Below, piece after piece: positions 48,871 to 59,942 of a stretch of DNA of 64,000 nucleotides. Under the pieces are notes generated by a model that saw only the letters and a program-made list of their open reading frames with translations, was not told where the DNA came from and did no database searches. Source of the DNA: Candidatus Lustribacter sp. GTDB taxonomy: Bacteria > Vulcanimicrobiota > Vulcanimicrobiia > Vulcanimicrobiales > Vulcanimicrobiaceae. The stretch lies in assembly GCA_965277805.1 (NCBI GenBank), contig OZ255842.1, positions 384,001 to 448,000 on the forward strand, in the 5' to 3' direction. A program made the position numbers and the translations under genes. Position 1 is the first letter of the stretch, and every line of letters starts with the position of its first letter.

Positions 48871-49703
48871 CGACGCGCGATTACCTGACGCGCACCCCCG
48901 CCGCCGGTATCCGCATCGCGTACGCGAGCGAAGCGCCGGAACAGTTCGGCGATCTGCGCGTTCCCGCCGGCGATGGCCCGTTTCCCGTTGCCGTGGTCGT
49001 GCACGGCGGCTGGTGGCGCTCGACCTACGGTCTCACCTATGCCGGGCATCTGGCCGAAGCGCTGACGTCGGACGGTTTTGCCACCTGGAACATCGAGTAC
49101 CGGCGCGTCGGAAATCCGGGCGGCGGCTATCCGAACACGCTCTTCGACGTGACGGCGGCGCTCGGCGCGTTGCGTGAGATCGCGGGCGAGTACCCGCTCG
49201 ATCTCGCGCGCATCGTCGTGACTGGACACTCGGCCGGCGGACACATCGCGGCGTGGCTTGCCTCAAAGCAGGCGCATCGCGAACTCGACGTCTTCGGCGA
49301 GCCGCTGCCGCTGATCGGCGCGGTGCCGGTTGCCGGCGCGCTCGACCTGGTGCACTGCTCCGCGATGCGGGTGAGCGATTCCGCCGGCATTCCCGTGCAC
49401 GATTTTCTCGGCGGCACGCCGGGTGACGTGCCCGAATACTACGCGATGGCATCGCCGACCGCGTGGCTGCCGACCGGCATTCCGGTGATCGCCGTGCACG
49501 GCACGGAGGACGACGTCGTCCCGATCGAGATCTCGCGCCGCTACGTGCAGCGCGCGCAAGCCGCCGGCGATCGCGCCAAACTGATCGTGCTCGACGGCAT
49601 TGACCACTTCGCGCCGTTCGACCCGTCGACCAAGGCCGGCGCGATCGTCTGGGACACCGTTTCCGAACTCCTCACGAGGGACTTTGGGAGGGGAGCGTCG
49701 TAA
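48867..49703 (+). CDS. Alpha/beta hydrolase (esterase)
   Basis: HGGWW, GHSAGG and HGTEDDVVP motifs. Confidence 0.9.
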   Translation: MTTRDYLTRTPAAGIRIAYASEAPEQFGDLRVPAGDGPFPVAVVVHGGWWRSTYGLTYAGHLAEALTSDGFATWNIEYRRVGNPGGGYPNTLFDVTAALGALREIAGEYPLDLARIVVTGHSAGGHIAAWLASKQAHRELDVFGEPLPLIGAVPVAGALDLVHCSAMRVSDSAGIPVHDFLGGTPGDVPEYYAMASPTAWLPTGIPVIAVHGTEDDVVPIEISRRYVQRAQAAGDRAKLIVLDGIDHFAPFDPSTKAGAIVWDTVSELLTRDFGRGAS

Positions 49704-49714
49704 AGGTGCCCTTG

Positions 49715-49768
49715 ATGACCACCTTGGCCGCGCTGTTCCTCCTCCTTCTTAGCGATACGACTCCGTAG
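49715..49768 (+). CDS. Leu-rich attenuator leader peptide MTTLAALFLLLLSDTTP
   Basis: Six Leu codons, including the run CTC CTC CTT CTT, upstream of leuA. AAAGGT SD-like site. Confidence 0.78.
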   Translation: MTTLAALFLLLLSDTTP

Positions 49769-51549
<1,781 letters not shown>

Positions 51550-51550
<1 letters not shown>

Positions 51551-52482
51551 TGCTCTCGCGCCGGCTCGCGCTTACGCTAACGGCGGCCGCGCCGTTTGCG
51601 TTAGGCGCGCCGCGCCCGGCCGCCGCAGCCGATGCGGTGACGCTGAAGGCCGGCACGTCGCCGACCGATGCCTACGCCGAGCCGCTGTATTTCGCGCCGG
51701 CCGGGATGGCCGCCAAGTCAGGCATCACGCTCGACGTTAGCCTCTACTCGAGCAGCACCGTAACGGCGGCGGGTTGCGCATCGGGCGCGCTCGACGTCGG
51801 CGTCGCCGATCCGATCGCGATCGCCAACGGCGTCGTACAGGGCATTCCATTTCGCATTCTTGCGCCGGGTTCGGTATACACCGGCGTGACGACGTCGTAC
51901 ATCTGCGTTGCCAAATCATCGCCGATCACGAGCGCAAAAGATTTGAACGGCGCGACGATGGGTTCGGTCACGCTGGCGTCGTCGGTCGCCTTCGTTGCAA
52001 CGAAGTCGTGGCTTGCCGCCGGCGGCGCGGATCTTTCGACGGTCAAGTTCGTGGAGATGCCGTACGCTTCGATGGCTGCTGCGATCGAACGCGGCACGAT
52101 CGCCGGCGCATCGATCGCCGAGCCGTTCATCTCGCAGCTGCCGCCGACGGTGCGCATCCTCGCGAACCCGAACGATGCGATCGGCGGTCACTATGCCACG
52201 AGTGCCTGGTTCACCACCAAAACGTGGCTCGATAAGAATCCCGCGCTCGCGCGCCAGCTCACGACGGCCATCTACGACGTGGCGCGCTGGTCGAACGAGC
52301 ATCAGGCCGATACGGCCGCCGTGCTGGCCGGCGCAACGCACGTTGATGTCGAGCGCGCACGCTCGATGAAGCGCGCGTCGTTCGTCACCTCACGCGACCT
52401 TCAGCCGATCGCCGTGAGCCTCGCCGCCGCCGTGAAAGTCGGCGTGCTCAGCCGCCCCGTGACGATCGCGGAATTGACGTAG
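51550..52482 (+). CDS. ABC substrate-binding protein, SsuA/NMT1 type
   Basis: SRR signal; KDLNG and ERGTIAGASIAEPF motifs. Paralog of 1546..2502. Confidence 0.85.
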
Positions 52483-52930
52483 GAAACGGGCAACTGCGTC
52501 CGGAGCGGTAAGGCGAATTGTTTGGACAATGCCCGACCGGCCCAGCAGCCGAGCGAGACACGGGTAACGTCGCCGACACTCTCATTCCACCAAATTCCCC
52601 TCGCTCGGCTGAGACGCTGCGCGAAAGGGCCAGCACCAAATTCAAACCTCGCCCGGTCTCGTCGCCGTCCGCCGGCTGGTCCTCGAAGCTCCGGTCAAAT
52701 CCTGGCCCACTGTCATGGACGACGAGTGTCGGTTCGCTTGCGCGCCAATCAAGCTCGACGCACATCGGCCCGGGCGCATGGCGAGCAACGTTGGAGAGCA
52801 CTTCGCCGACGATCAGTTCTGCGCCGGCAATGTCGTCGTCCGGTTGCGCATACTGGCGGATGAGATGACAGATTTCCCGCCGCAGCGGCCCTGCGTCTTG
52901 ATGACCCATTCTCTCGCGCGTCCAGCACAC
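52448..52930 (-). CDS. RsbW-like HATPase_c (anti-sigma factor type) protein
   Basis: EVLSNVARHA, D.GPGF and GRGL motifs. Confidence 0.8.
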   Translation of the reverse strand: MCWTRERMGHQDAGPLRREICHLIRQYAQPDDDIAGAELIVGEVLSNVARHAPGPMCVELDWRASEPTLVVHDSGPGFDRSFEDQPADGDETGRGLNLVLALSRSVSAERGEFGGMRVSATLPVSRSAAGPVGHCPNNSPYRSGRSCPFPTSIPRSSRGG

Positions 52931-52940
52931 ACGCTCGTCA

Positions 52941-52965
52941 ATACCCCATCAACGGGAAGAGAAAC
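52941..52965 (-). promoter_or_regulatory. SigB/SigF-type promoter
   Basis: Minus strand reads GTTT-N15-GGGTAT, 10 nt before the RsbW-like start. Confidence 0.55.
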
Positions 52966-53117
52966 GCACACCCCTCCCCTCGGTGCGCGAGCGTACTGTG
53001 CGGGGCTCGCGGCCTCCGGCCTCTACACCCCGGCCTTTTGTGCTAAACCGCGACTTATGTAAACGGATCGTGAAGGGTCTGAGAAGACTCTGTATTCGGC
53101 CTAGCGCCCGTAAATGG

Positions 53118-53345
53118 GTGGCCGAACCTATAGACATCATGCATCCTTTCCGAGTCCAGCCCGAAGCCATCGACCGGGTCATCTGCGGTAACTGCGGTCA
53201 CCCCGCGTGGGACCACTGTGTGAGCGAGGGCGCCGAATACGACGCTCACGAGAGCAACGGCGCTTGCCGCCACTTTGCGCTCACCGGCTTCCTCGTCTCG
53301 CCGCAGGTGCTAGTCGATAACCTTCGCGTCTCGCAACTCGCGTAA
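53118..53345 (+). CDS. Small Cys/His-rich putative zinc-binding protein
   Basis: CGNCGHPAWDHC...H...CRHF. Start is uncertain. Confidence 0.5.
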   Translation: MAEPIDIMHPFRVQPEAIDRVICGNCGHPAWDHCVSEGAEYDAHESNGACRHFALTGFLVSPQVLVDNLRVSQLA

Positions 53346-54491
53346 ACGCGCCTCGCTGTAACCGAGGACGTCTCGCAAAATAGCATCGCTATGCTCGCCG
53401 AGAGCCGGCGGTGCACTTGGCGTCCGCACCGGCGTCGCGGAGAAGTGCATCGGCGAACCAGTCGTGCGGACGCCGCCGGTCTCGTAGATCATCCCGCGTT
53501 CGGCGACTTCCGGCGCTGCCAGCACTTCCTCAACCGTGCGCACGCGACCGGCGGGAATATTCACCGCGGCACACGCGGCGAGCACGTCGTCGCAGGTCCG
53601 TTGCGCGAAGTCTTCGCCGAGGATCGCGATCAGCGTCTCCCGGTTCGCGACGCGCTGCGCGTTGGTCGCGAACCGCTCGTCGCCGGCGAGGTCGGGACGT
53701 TCGACGACGGATTCGCACAGGTCGCGGAACTGCCGGTTGTTCGCGCAGGCCAGCACGAACGGCGCATCGGCCGCCTCGAACGTCTGGTAGGGAACGATGC
53801 TTGCGTGCGCGTTGCCGTAGCGCTTCGCGTTTACGCCGCCGTTGAGCGACGCGCTCGCCACGTTGATCAGTGCCGCGACCGACGCATCGTGCAGCGCGAT
53901 ATCGAGCAGCTGCCCCGTGCCGGTGCGTTCGCGGGCATAGAGCGCCGCGAGGATCGCTTGCGTCGCCGCGTTGCCGGCCAGCAGATCGGAAATCGCAACG
54001 CCGAACTTGTGCGGCGTTCCGTCGACCTCGCCGTTGATCGACATCAAGCCGCTCTCGGCCTGGATCACGAAGTCGTAACCGGCGCGTTCGGCTAAGGCGC
54101 CCGTACGTCCGTAGCCCGAGAGCGAACAGTAGATCAGCCGCGGGTTCAACGCGGCGAGCGAGAGGTAGTCGAGGCCGTAACGCGCCAGGGTTCCGGTGAG
54201 ATAGTTCTCGACCAGGATGTCGGCGCGTTGCGCGAGTTCGCGCACGATCGTTTGTCCGTCTCGGGTGCGGAAGTCGACGGCGAGGCTCGACTTGTTGCGG
54301 TTGACGGCGAGATAATACGTCGCGGTGCCGTGGAAGGCCGGCGGCGTCCAGCTGCGCGTTTCATCGCCGCCGGCGGGATTTTCGATCTTCCAAATCTCGG
54401 CACCCAAATCGCCGAGCGCCATCGTGGACCAGGGGCCCGCGAGAACGCGCGACAGATCGAGCACCCGAATTCCGTCGAGCGGCGGGGCCAT
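53310..54491 (-). CDS. CaiB/BaiF family III CoA-transferase
   Basis: VLDLSRVLAGP, NRNK, GYD and PALGEH motifs. Confidence 0.93.
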   Translation of the reverse strand: MAPPLDGIRVLDLSRVLAGPWSTMALGDLGAEIWKIENPAGGDETRSWTPPAFHGTATYYLAVNRNKSSLAVDFRTRDGQTIVRELAQRADILVENYLTGTLARYGLDYLSLAALNPRLIYCSLSGYGRTGALAERAGYDFVIQAESGLMSINGEVDGTPHKFGVAISDLLAGNAATQAILAALYARERTGTGQLLDIALHDASVAALINVASASLNGGVNAKRYGNAHASIVPYQTFEAADAPFVLACANNRQFRDLCESVVERPDLAGDERFATNAQRVANRETLIAILGEDFAQRTCDDVLAACAAVNIPAGRVRTVEEVLAAPEVAERGMIYETGGVRTTGSPMHFSATPVRTPSAPPALGEHSDAILRDVLGYSEARLRELRDAKVID

Positions 54492-54502
54492 GGCGCTGTG
54501 CG

Positions 54503-55501
54503 CTACGCCGTGCCGGCGACGTGCGCGGCGAGTTTGCGGAACGTGCCCGCGCGAATTGCATCGAGCGCCGGCCCGTCGAACGAGACGTCCTTGAGCACTT
54601 CGCCCGGCGGATCTTCCATCACGCCGAAGGGATAATCGCTGCCGACCATCAGATGATCGAGCCCGATGCGCTTGGCGATCAGCTCGAGGTTCGTCGCATC
54701 GAACGTCAGCGTGTCGGCGTAGAACTTCTGCGCTTCGACCGACGGCCGCGTCGGCAACATCGCTTGCCACGCTTTCTGCGTGCTCCAGAAGCGGTCGAGC
54801 CGTGGCAGCATCCACATCAGCGTGCCTCCGCCGTGGGCCAGCACGATCTTCATGTCGGGAAAGCGCGTGAGGTAACCGCCGAGCAGCAGCTTCGCCGAGA
54901 TCACGCCGGTTTCGGTCGGGTAGGCGCCGGCGGCGCTGAAGCCGAGGATGTTGCGGTGGCGCTCGAAGCCCGGCGCCGTTTCCGGATGGATGAAGATCAG
55001 TGCGCGCAACGCGTTGCACTGCTCCCAGAACGGGACCAGCGCGGGATCGTCGAGTTCGCGGCCGGCCGCGGTCGTGCCGATCTCGACGCCGAGCAAGCCG
55101 AGGTCGTTGCGTAAGTAGCTCAGCTCGGCGCACGCCGCGTCGACGTCTTGCAACGGAATGGCGCCGAGGCCCGAAAAGCGGTCGGGGCGTTTGCGCACGA
55201 CTTCGGCGATACCGTCATTGTGCAGACGTGCCCATGCGCGTCCGTCTTCAGATGAGGACGCGTACGAGTTCGTGACCGGAATCGGCGAGATGACTTGGCG
55301 CGCGATGTTGCGCTCGTCCATATCGTTGATGCGGCGTTGCGCGTCCCAGCAGCGTTCGTCGATCGTCCGGTAGTGCTTGCCGTTTTCGTAGAGCTGCCCG
55401 CAGGTCGGCGTTTCGATTTCGAGTTTGGTCGTGCCGGCCGCGCGATACGTTGCGGCGCTATCCGGAATGTAGTGCGTGTGGAAGTCGACGATTTGTTCCA
55501 T
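54503..55501 (-). CDS. Amidohydrolase family decarboxylase (ACMSD-like)
   Basis: DFHTH, FIHP, AHGGG and GSDYPF motifs. Confidence 0.88.
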   Translation of the reverse strand: MEQIVDFHTHYIPDSAATYRAAGTTKLEIETPTCGQLYENGKHYRTIDERCWDAQRRINDMDERNIARQVISPIPVTNSYASSSEDGRAWARLHNDGIAEVVRKRPDRFSGLGAIPLQDVDAACAELSYLRNDLGLLGVEIGTTAAGRELDDPALVPFWEQCNALRALIFIHPETAPGFERHRNILGFSAAGAYPTETGVISAKLLLGGYLTRFPDMKIVLAHGGGTLMWMLPRLDRFWSTQKAWQAMLPTRPSVEAQKFYADTLTFDATNLELIAKRIGLDHLMVGSDYPFGVMEDPPGEVLKDVSFDGPALDAIRAGTFRKLAAHVAGTA

Positions 55502-55560
55502 CTCGGTCAGCCTTCGACGGGACCGGAAGGTTGCGCCTCCAGCGGACAGAAGCGCTCCGC

Positions 55561-56505
55561 ATGATACGACGTTCTTCTGCGTTAACGCTCATCGCCGGCG
55601 GCATTCTCGCCGGCATTCGTCCGGCGAGCGCGCAGACGGCGCCGGCGCCGGTGCGAATCGGCGCGATGGCGATCGACGCGTTTGGTGAAGCGTACTTCGG
55701 CAACGATGCCGGAATTTTCGTCAGCAACGGCATCGCGCCGCAGATCACGACGCTCACCAACGGCGCCGCGATCATGTCGGCCGTGATCGGCGGCGATCTC
55801 GACGTCGGCATGGCCAACACGGTCAACGTCGCCGGCGCGATCGCGCGCGGCATTCCCGTCCAGATGATCGCGCCCGCTTCGCTGTATTCGAAAAAGGACG
55901 CGAATCCGAACCTGATGATCGCGAAGACGTCGCCGATCAAGTCGCCGAAGGATCTGACCGGCGCAACGATCGCCGTCTCGGCACTCGGCGACTTCAACCA
56001 GTTGAGCCTCTTGGCATGGCTAGATACGAACAAAGTGCCGCGCGATAGCGTGCACTTCGTCGAGATGAAGTTCGGCGAGATGGGAGCCGCGGTAGCGCGT
56101 GGGACGGTGCAAGCCGCGATCATCACCGAACCCGCCAAGACCGATGCGATCCTGGCCGGCCAAGTGCGCGACTTCGCCGACACGTACATCGCGGTCGCGC
56201 CGGAGTTCGCGACGATCGTGTGGTTCACGACGAAGGGCTGGCTGCAGAAGAACCCCGACACGGCGAAAAAGCTCGTTGCCGGGATTTACGCGACAGCGCG
56301 CTGGGCGAACGCCCACACCGATCTATCGGCGCCGATGCTGGCGAAAGCCGCGAAGATGGACCCGGCCGTCGTTGCGGGCATGCGCCGCTTGTACTTCGCG
56401 ACCGCCAACGATCCGAAATATATCGAAGGCACGCTCGCGCTCGGATCGCGCTACGGCATGTTGCCGCGTCCGGTCACGGTTGCGGAATACACCGCCGGAA
56501 TATGA
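55561..56505 (+). CDS. ABC substrate-binding protein, SsuA/NMT1 type
   Basis: RR signal; KDLTGATIAV and RGTVQAAIITEP motifs. Confidence 0.85.
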   Translation: MIRRSSALTLIAGGILAGIRPASAQTAPAPVRIGAMAIDAFGEAYFGNDAGIFVSNGIAPQITTLTNGAAIMSAVIGGDLDVGMANTVNVAGAIARGIPVQMIAPASLYSKKDANPNLMIAKTSPIKSPKDLTGATIAVSALGDFNQLSLLAWLDTNKVPRDSVHFVEMKFGEMGAAVARGTVQAAIITEPAKTDAILAGQVRDFADTYIAVAPEFATIVWFTTKGWLQKNPDTAKKLVAGIYATARWANAHTDLSAPMLAKAAKMDPAVVAGMRRLYFATANDPKYIEGTLALGSRYGMLPRPVTVAEYTAGI

Positions 56506-57662
56506 GATCGATTCGCGCCCTGACGCTGCTCGCCGCCGTTTCGCTGCTGGGCGCTTCCCCGGCTAGCGGAACGCCGATCACCATCGACGTGATCCTGCCG
56601 CTGACCGGCGGACAGGCGTTCTCGGGCGCGATCCACGCGCAGACGATCGGCGTGTACGAACGCTACGTCAACGCGAACGGCGGGATCAACGGCCGCCCGG
56701 TACACTTCGACATTCACGACGACAAGTCGAGTCCGCTCGTCGACGTCCAACTGACGAACGCGATCGTCGCAAACAAGACGCCCGTGATGCTGGGCTCATC
56801 GTATCAGGCGGGGTGTCTCGCGGAGTTGCCGATCCTCGGAACGAGCACGGTCGCCTATTGTCTCTCGCCCGGCCTCAACCCGAAACAGCCGAACATGTTC
56901 TCGGCAGCCGTCTCGACGAATTACATCGTGCCGGCAATCTACAAATTCATGCGCGATCGCGGCTACAAGAAGATCGCGGTCATCACCTCGATCGACGCCA
57001 CCGGCCAGAGCCACGACGTGCTCAGCCAAGTCACGATGGACCGCCCCGACTTCAAGAACATGAGCATCGTCGACTACGAGCATTTCTCGCCGGCCGATCT
57101 GAGCGTTAGCGCCCAGATCGCGCGCATGAAGAGCGCGAATCCGCAGGGTGTCGTCGTCGTGGCCACCGGGAACGCGTTCGCCACCGTGCTGCGCAGCATG
57201 CACGATGCGGGCCTCGACATCCCCGTGATCACGAGCGCGGTCAACATGAACGAGGACGAGCTCAAGCAGTACCAGCCGTTCTTGCCCAAAGAGATCGTCT
57301 TCAATAGCACGCTCTTCTACGCGCGCCCGCAGGACCGCAAAGGCTCCGTCCGTGCCGCCGTTGATGAGTTCTACAGCGCGTATAAAACCGCCGGCATCAA
57401 CCCATCACCCGAAGCAACCTCATGGGACCCCGCCAAAATCGTCGTCGCCGCGCTAAAAGCGCTCGGACCAAATACGACCGGCGAACAAGTCGCCGCGTAC
57501 ATCGCGAACCTGCACGACTTCGCCGGCTCGAGCGGCCTCTACGATTTCCGCACCGGCGACCACCACGGCCTCAGCGACGCCGACATCGTGTGGGTCAAAT
57601 ACCAACCCGACACCCCAACCAAGTACGCCCCCGTCTCCAAACCGGGCGGCGCCCCGCTCTAG
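56502..57662 (+). CDS. Branched-chain amino acid (Liv-type) ABC substrate-binding protein
   Basis: Signal peptide; PLTG, NANGGINGRPV and DDKSSP motifs. Confidence 0.85.
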   Translation: MRSIRALTLLAAVSLLGASPASGTPITIDVILPLTGGQAFSGAIHAQTIGVYERYVNANGGINGRPVHFDIHDDKSSPLVDVQLTNAIVANKTPVMLGSSYQAGCLAELPILGTSTVAYCLSPGLNPKQPNMFSAAVSTNYIVPAIYKFMRDRGYKKIAVITSIDATGQSHDVLSQVTMDRPDFKNMSIVDYEHFSPADLSVSAQIARMKSANPQGVVVVATGNAFATVLRSMHDAGLDIPVITSAVNMNEDELKQYQPFLPKEIVFNSTLFYARPQDRKGSVRAAVDEFYSAYKTAGINPSPEATSWDPAKIVVAALKALGPNTTGEQVAAYIANLHDFAGSSGLYDFRTGDHHGLSDADIVWVKYQPDTPTKYAPVSKPGGAPL

Positions 57663-57676
57663 TCATCGGCAGCACA

Positions 57677-58456
57677 TTGTTGCCACTTCGTCGCATCGAC
57701 CTCGACCGGCGTTCCGTTGAGAATTGGAACGAATATCCGTTCGCGGTTCCGGCGATTTCGGCGTTTACGCCAATCGACGTCCGCAGCCCGGTATTATGCT
57801 TCGTGGGAGAAAATGGGAGCGGCAAGTCGACGTTGCTCGAAGCCATCGCGCTGTCTTGCGGGTTCGGCCGGGAAGGCGGAACGAAGAACTTCAGCTTCTC
57901 GACCCAAAACGAGCAATCGACGGACGTCAACCCCGACGAGGCCGCGATCGATCGGCTGGCAGACGCGCTAGCCTTATCGTGGCGAAAACGCCAACGCGAT
58001 GGGTTCTTTTTGCGAGCTGAGAGTTTTTATAACGTCGTATCCTACCTCAATCGAGATCCGGCCAATCTGAGAAATTACGGTTGGAAGTCGCTTCACGCTC
58101 GCTCGCACGGTGAATCATTCCTGACCCTCATGCTCGAGCGGTTCTCGCCAAACGGCTTGTTCTTGCTCGACGAGCCGGAAGCGGCGGTGTCGCCGGCCCG
58201 GCAGCTCGCGCTCCTGCGCCGAATGCACGATTTGCTGCACGCGGGTCGCGACACGCAGTTCATCGTCGCCACCCACTCCCCGATTATCTTGGCATATCCC
58301 GGTGCTCAGATTTGCGAATTCTCAAGCGCCGGCATTAAAGAAGTTTCGTATCGCGACACGGATGCGTATATCATAACGCGCCGCTTTCTCGAAAATCCCG
58401 ATCGCGGTCTCGCGGAGGTCCTTAGCGACTTAACTGATGAGGTCGATTTCGAATAG
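57677..58456 (+). CDS. Stand-alone ABC-like ATPase (AAA_21, predicted ATPase)
   Basis: GENGSGKST, FLRAES, SHGE, LLDEPE and ATHSP motifs. Start is approximate. Confidence 0.85.
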   Translation: MLPLRRIDLDRRSVENWNEYPFAVPAISAFTPIDVRSPVLCFVGENGSGKSTLLEAIALSCGFGREGGTKNFSFSTQNEQSTDVNPDEAAIDRLADALALSWRKRQRDGFFLRAESFYNVVSYLNRDPANLRNYGWKSLHARSHGESFLTLMLERFSPNGLFLLDEPEAAVSPARQLALLRRMHDLLHAGRDTQFIVATHSPIILAYPGAQICEFSSAGIKEVSYRDTDAYIITRRFLENPDRGLAEVLSDLTDEVDFE

Positions 58457-58485
58457 TGACGCGGAGGCCACAATTGCTGGAGTCA

Positions 58486-58980
58486 TTAGTGTATAAAGCG
58501 GACGATCGTGTCGCGCCGCGCCGGGCCGGTACGCAGCCATGGGAGATCTTTGCCGATCGCAATCAGCGCTTGGGCGAAGCCCGGGAGATCTGCTAGCCCG
58601 ACGTCGTTGAACGTTTTCACCTGATCGCCGCAGCGCACACGCACAAGGACCCTCGGAGCGGTCATGTGGAGGCTCGATGCAGCCGGTATGATGAGCGGAA
58701 TACCGCTGCGTTCGCATAGCTTCGCGTGCTCGACTTCAGCCTCGACCGCGACGAAGTCGGCCTTTGCCACGTAGTGGCCGTCGTATCCCCGCAGCCGGCC
58801 GTCGTACGCGGCGCCCCCGTCACGGGTGAACCTGAGCGTATAGCCCGGGGAATTCGCGCCGATCACCATTCGAGCGGTCGTGACCACCACATCGTCTGCC
58901 TGCGGCACCGTAGCCGTAGCGGGAGCTGCGATCAGGGCGAATGCGATGACCAGCGCGGAAGCCAAGCGAGCACTGTGCAT
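58486..58980 (-). CDS. Secreted hypothetical protein
   Basis: Signal peptide; PGYTLRFTRDGGAAYDG. Leaderless-type TG-a-TATTAT 7 nt upstream. Confidence 0.6.
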   Translation of the reverse strand: MHSARLASALVIAFALIAAPATATVPQADDVVVTTARMVIGANSPGYTLRFTRDGGAAYDGRLRGYDGHYVAKADFVAVEAEVEHAKLCERSGIPLIIPAASSLHMTAPRVLVRVRCGDQVKTFNDVGLADLPGFAQALIAIGKDLPWLRTGPARRDTIVRFIH

Positions 58981-59072
58981 GGCCAGGATAATATCATGCC
59001 GCCTCAGGCACTTCATAAAAATTCGATGAGACCGCTGCCGGAGGCGGCTGATTTTCTGCCGGGGGCCTCGCT

Positions 59073-59279
59073 CTAGCCCTTGGTCGCCGGCACCATCGTT
59101 TTGCACTTGGTGAATTTGCCCTTGGCATCGCGGCAGCGCTTCGGCGCCGGCGTGACGACGGCGGTCGGGCACTTGATGAATTTGCCCTTCGCATCGCGGC
59201 ACGTCTTGGCCGAAGCGATCCCCGAGCACAGGGTTACCGCGAAAAGAAACCCGAGCACCGACGTAAGTAAACGCGCCAT
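59073..59279 (-). CDS. Small secreted protein with two CRDAKGKFxKC repeats
   Basis: GGAGG RBS, signal peptide ending ASA, duplicated 11-aa Cys-flanked motif. Confidence 0.8.
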   Translation of the reverse strand: MARLLTSVLGFLFAVTLCSGIASAKTCRDAKGKFIKCPTAVVTPAPKRCRDAKGKFTKCKTMVPATKG

Positions 59280-59456
59280 ACAAGACCTCCATCGAAAAAA
59301 AACGTGGGAGCGAGCGCTTCTCCGGTCGGCTTTAGCTTGCCTAGCGGATGCCGAACGCGGCCGCGAAGGATTGCGTGAGGTCGCCGGATGCGCGTGTAAC
59401 GCGAATGTAATTTTGCTGAGCCGCGGCTGTAAGGCGCAATTCGCTACGGTCGTAGC

Positions 59457-59861
59457 ATGAAAAACATCACAACGTCCACCCACCTCGCCGCAGCCGCCCT
59501 CATCGCCGGCTCCGCCCTGCTAGCAACGAGCGCGCCGGCCGACGCTCAGACTCCTGGGGTCCCATCCGGCGTGGCCTGCTCCGCGCAAAACAGGAACGCC
59601 CAACCGACGTATCTCGAAACACCCGAATGGCCGGCAGTCGCTCAGTTAATGAATCTTACCGGTACGACGTACGTGCGCGTGCAGATCGACCCAACCGGCT
59701 CACCCTCGCAACCAGAGGTTGCGCGAACGTCCGGCGCGGGAGTACTCGACCGGGCAGCGATCGATGCGGTCTTGAAGAGCACCTTTAGGCCGGAAGTCGA
59801 CGATTGCGTTCCCGTCAGCGGCAAGTACATAATCATCGTAGACTTTCCGTCGACCCAATGA
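59457..59861 (+). CDS. Exported TonB C-terminal domain protein
   Basis: Signal peptide; P.WP..A...G...V.V.I...G and TSG..LDRAA....F.P patterns. Confidence 0.8.
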   Translation: MKNITTSTHLAAAALIAGSALLATSAPADAQTPGVPSGVACSAQNRNAQPTYLETPEWPAVAQLMNLTGTTYVRVQIDPTGSPSQPEVARTSGAGVLDRAAIDAVLKSTFRPEVDDCVPVSGKYIIIVDFPSTQ

Positions 59862-59942
59862 GCGCTCGACAGTATACCGAGCAATCAATGGGATGCCCGT
59901 CGTTGTTAAAACATAAGCCGACGCTCGCGAGAACTATTTAGC

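Noticed and set aside
57677-58456. ATPase as part of an anti-phage defence system
   Set aside because: No partner nuclease or TOPRIM gene is adjacent, and it resembles a common stand-alone ATPase family.
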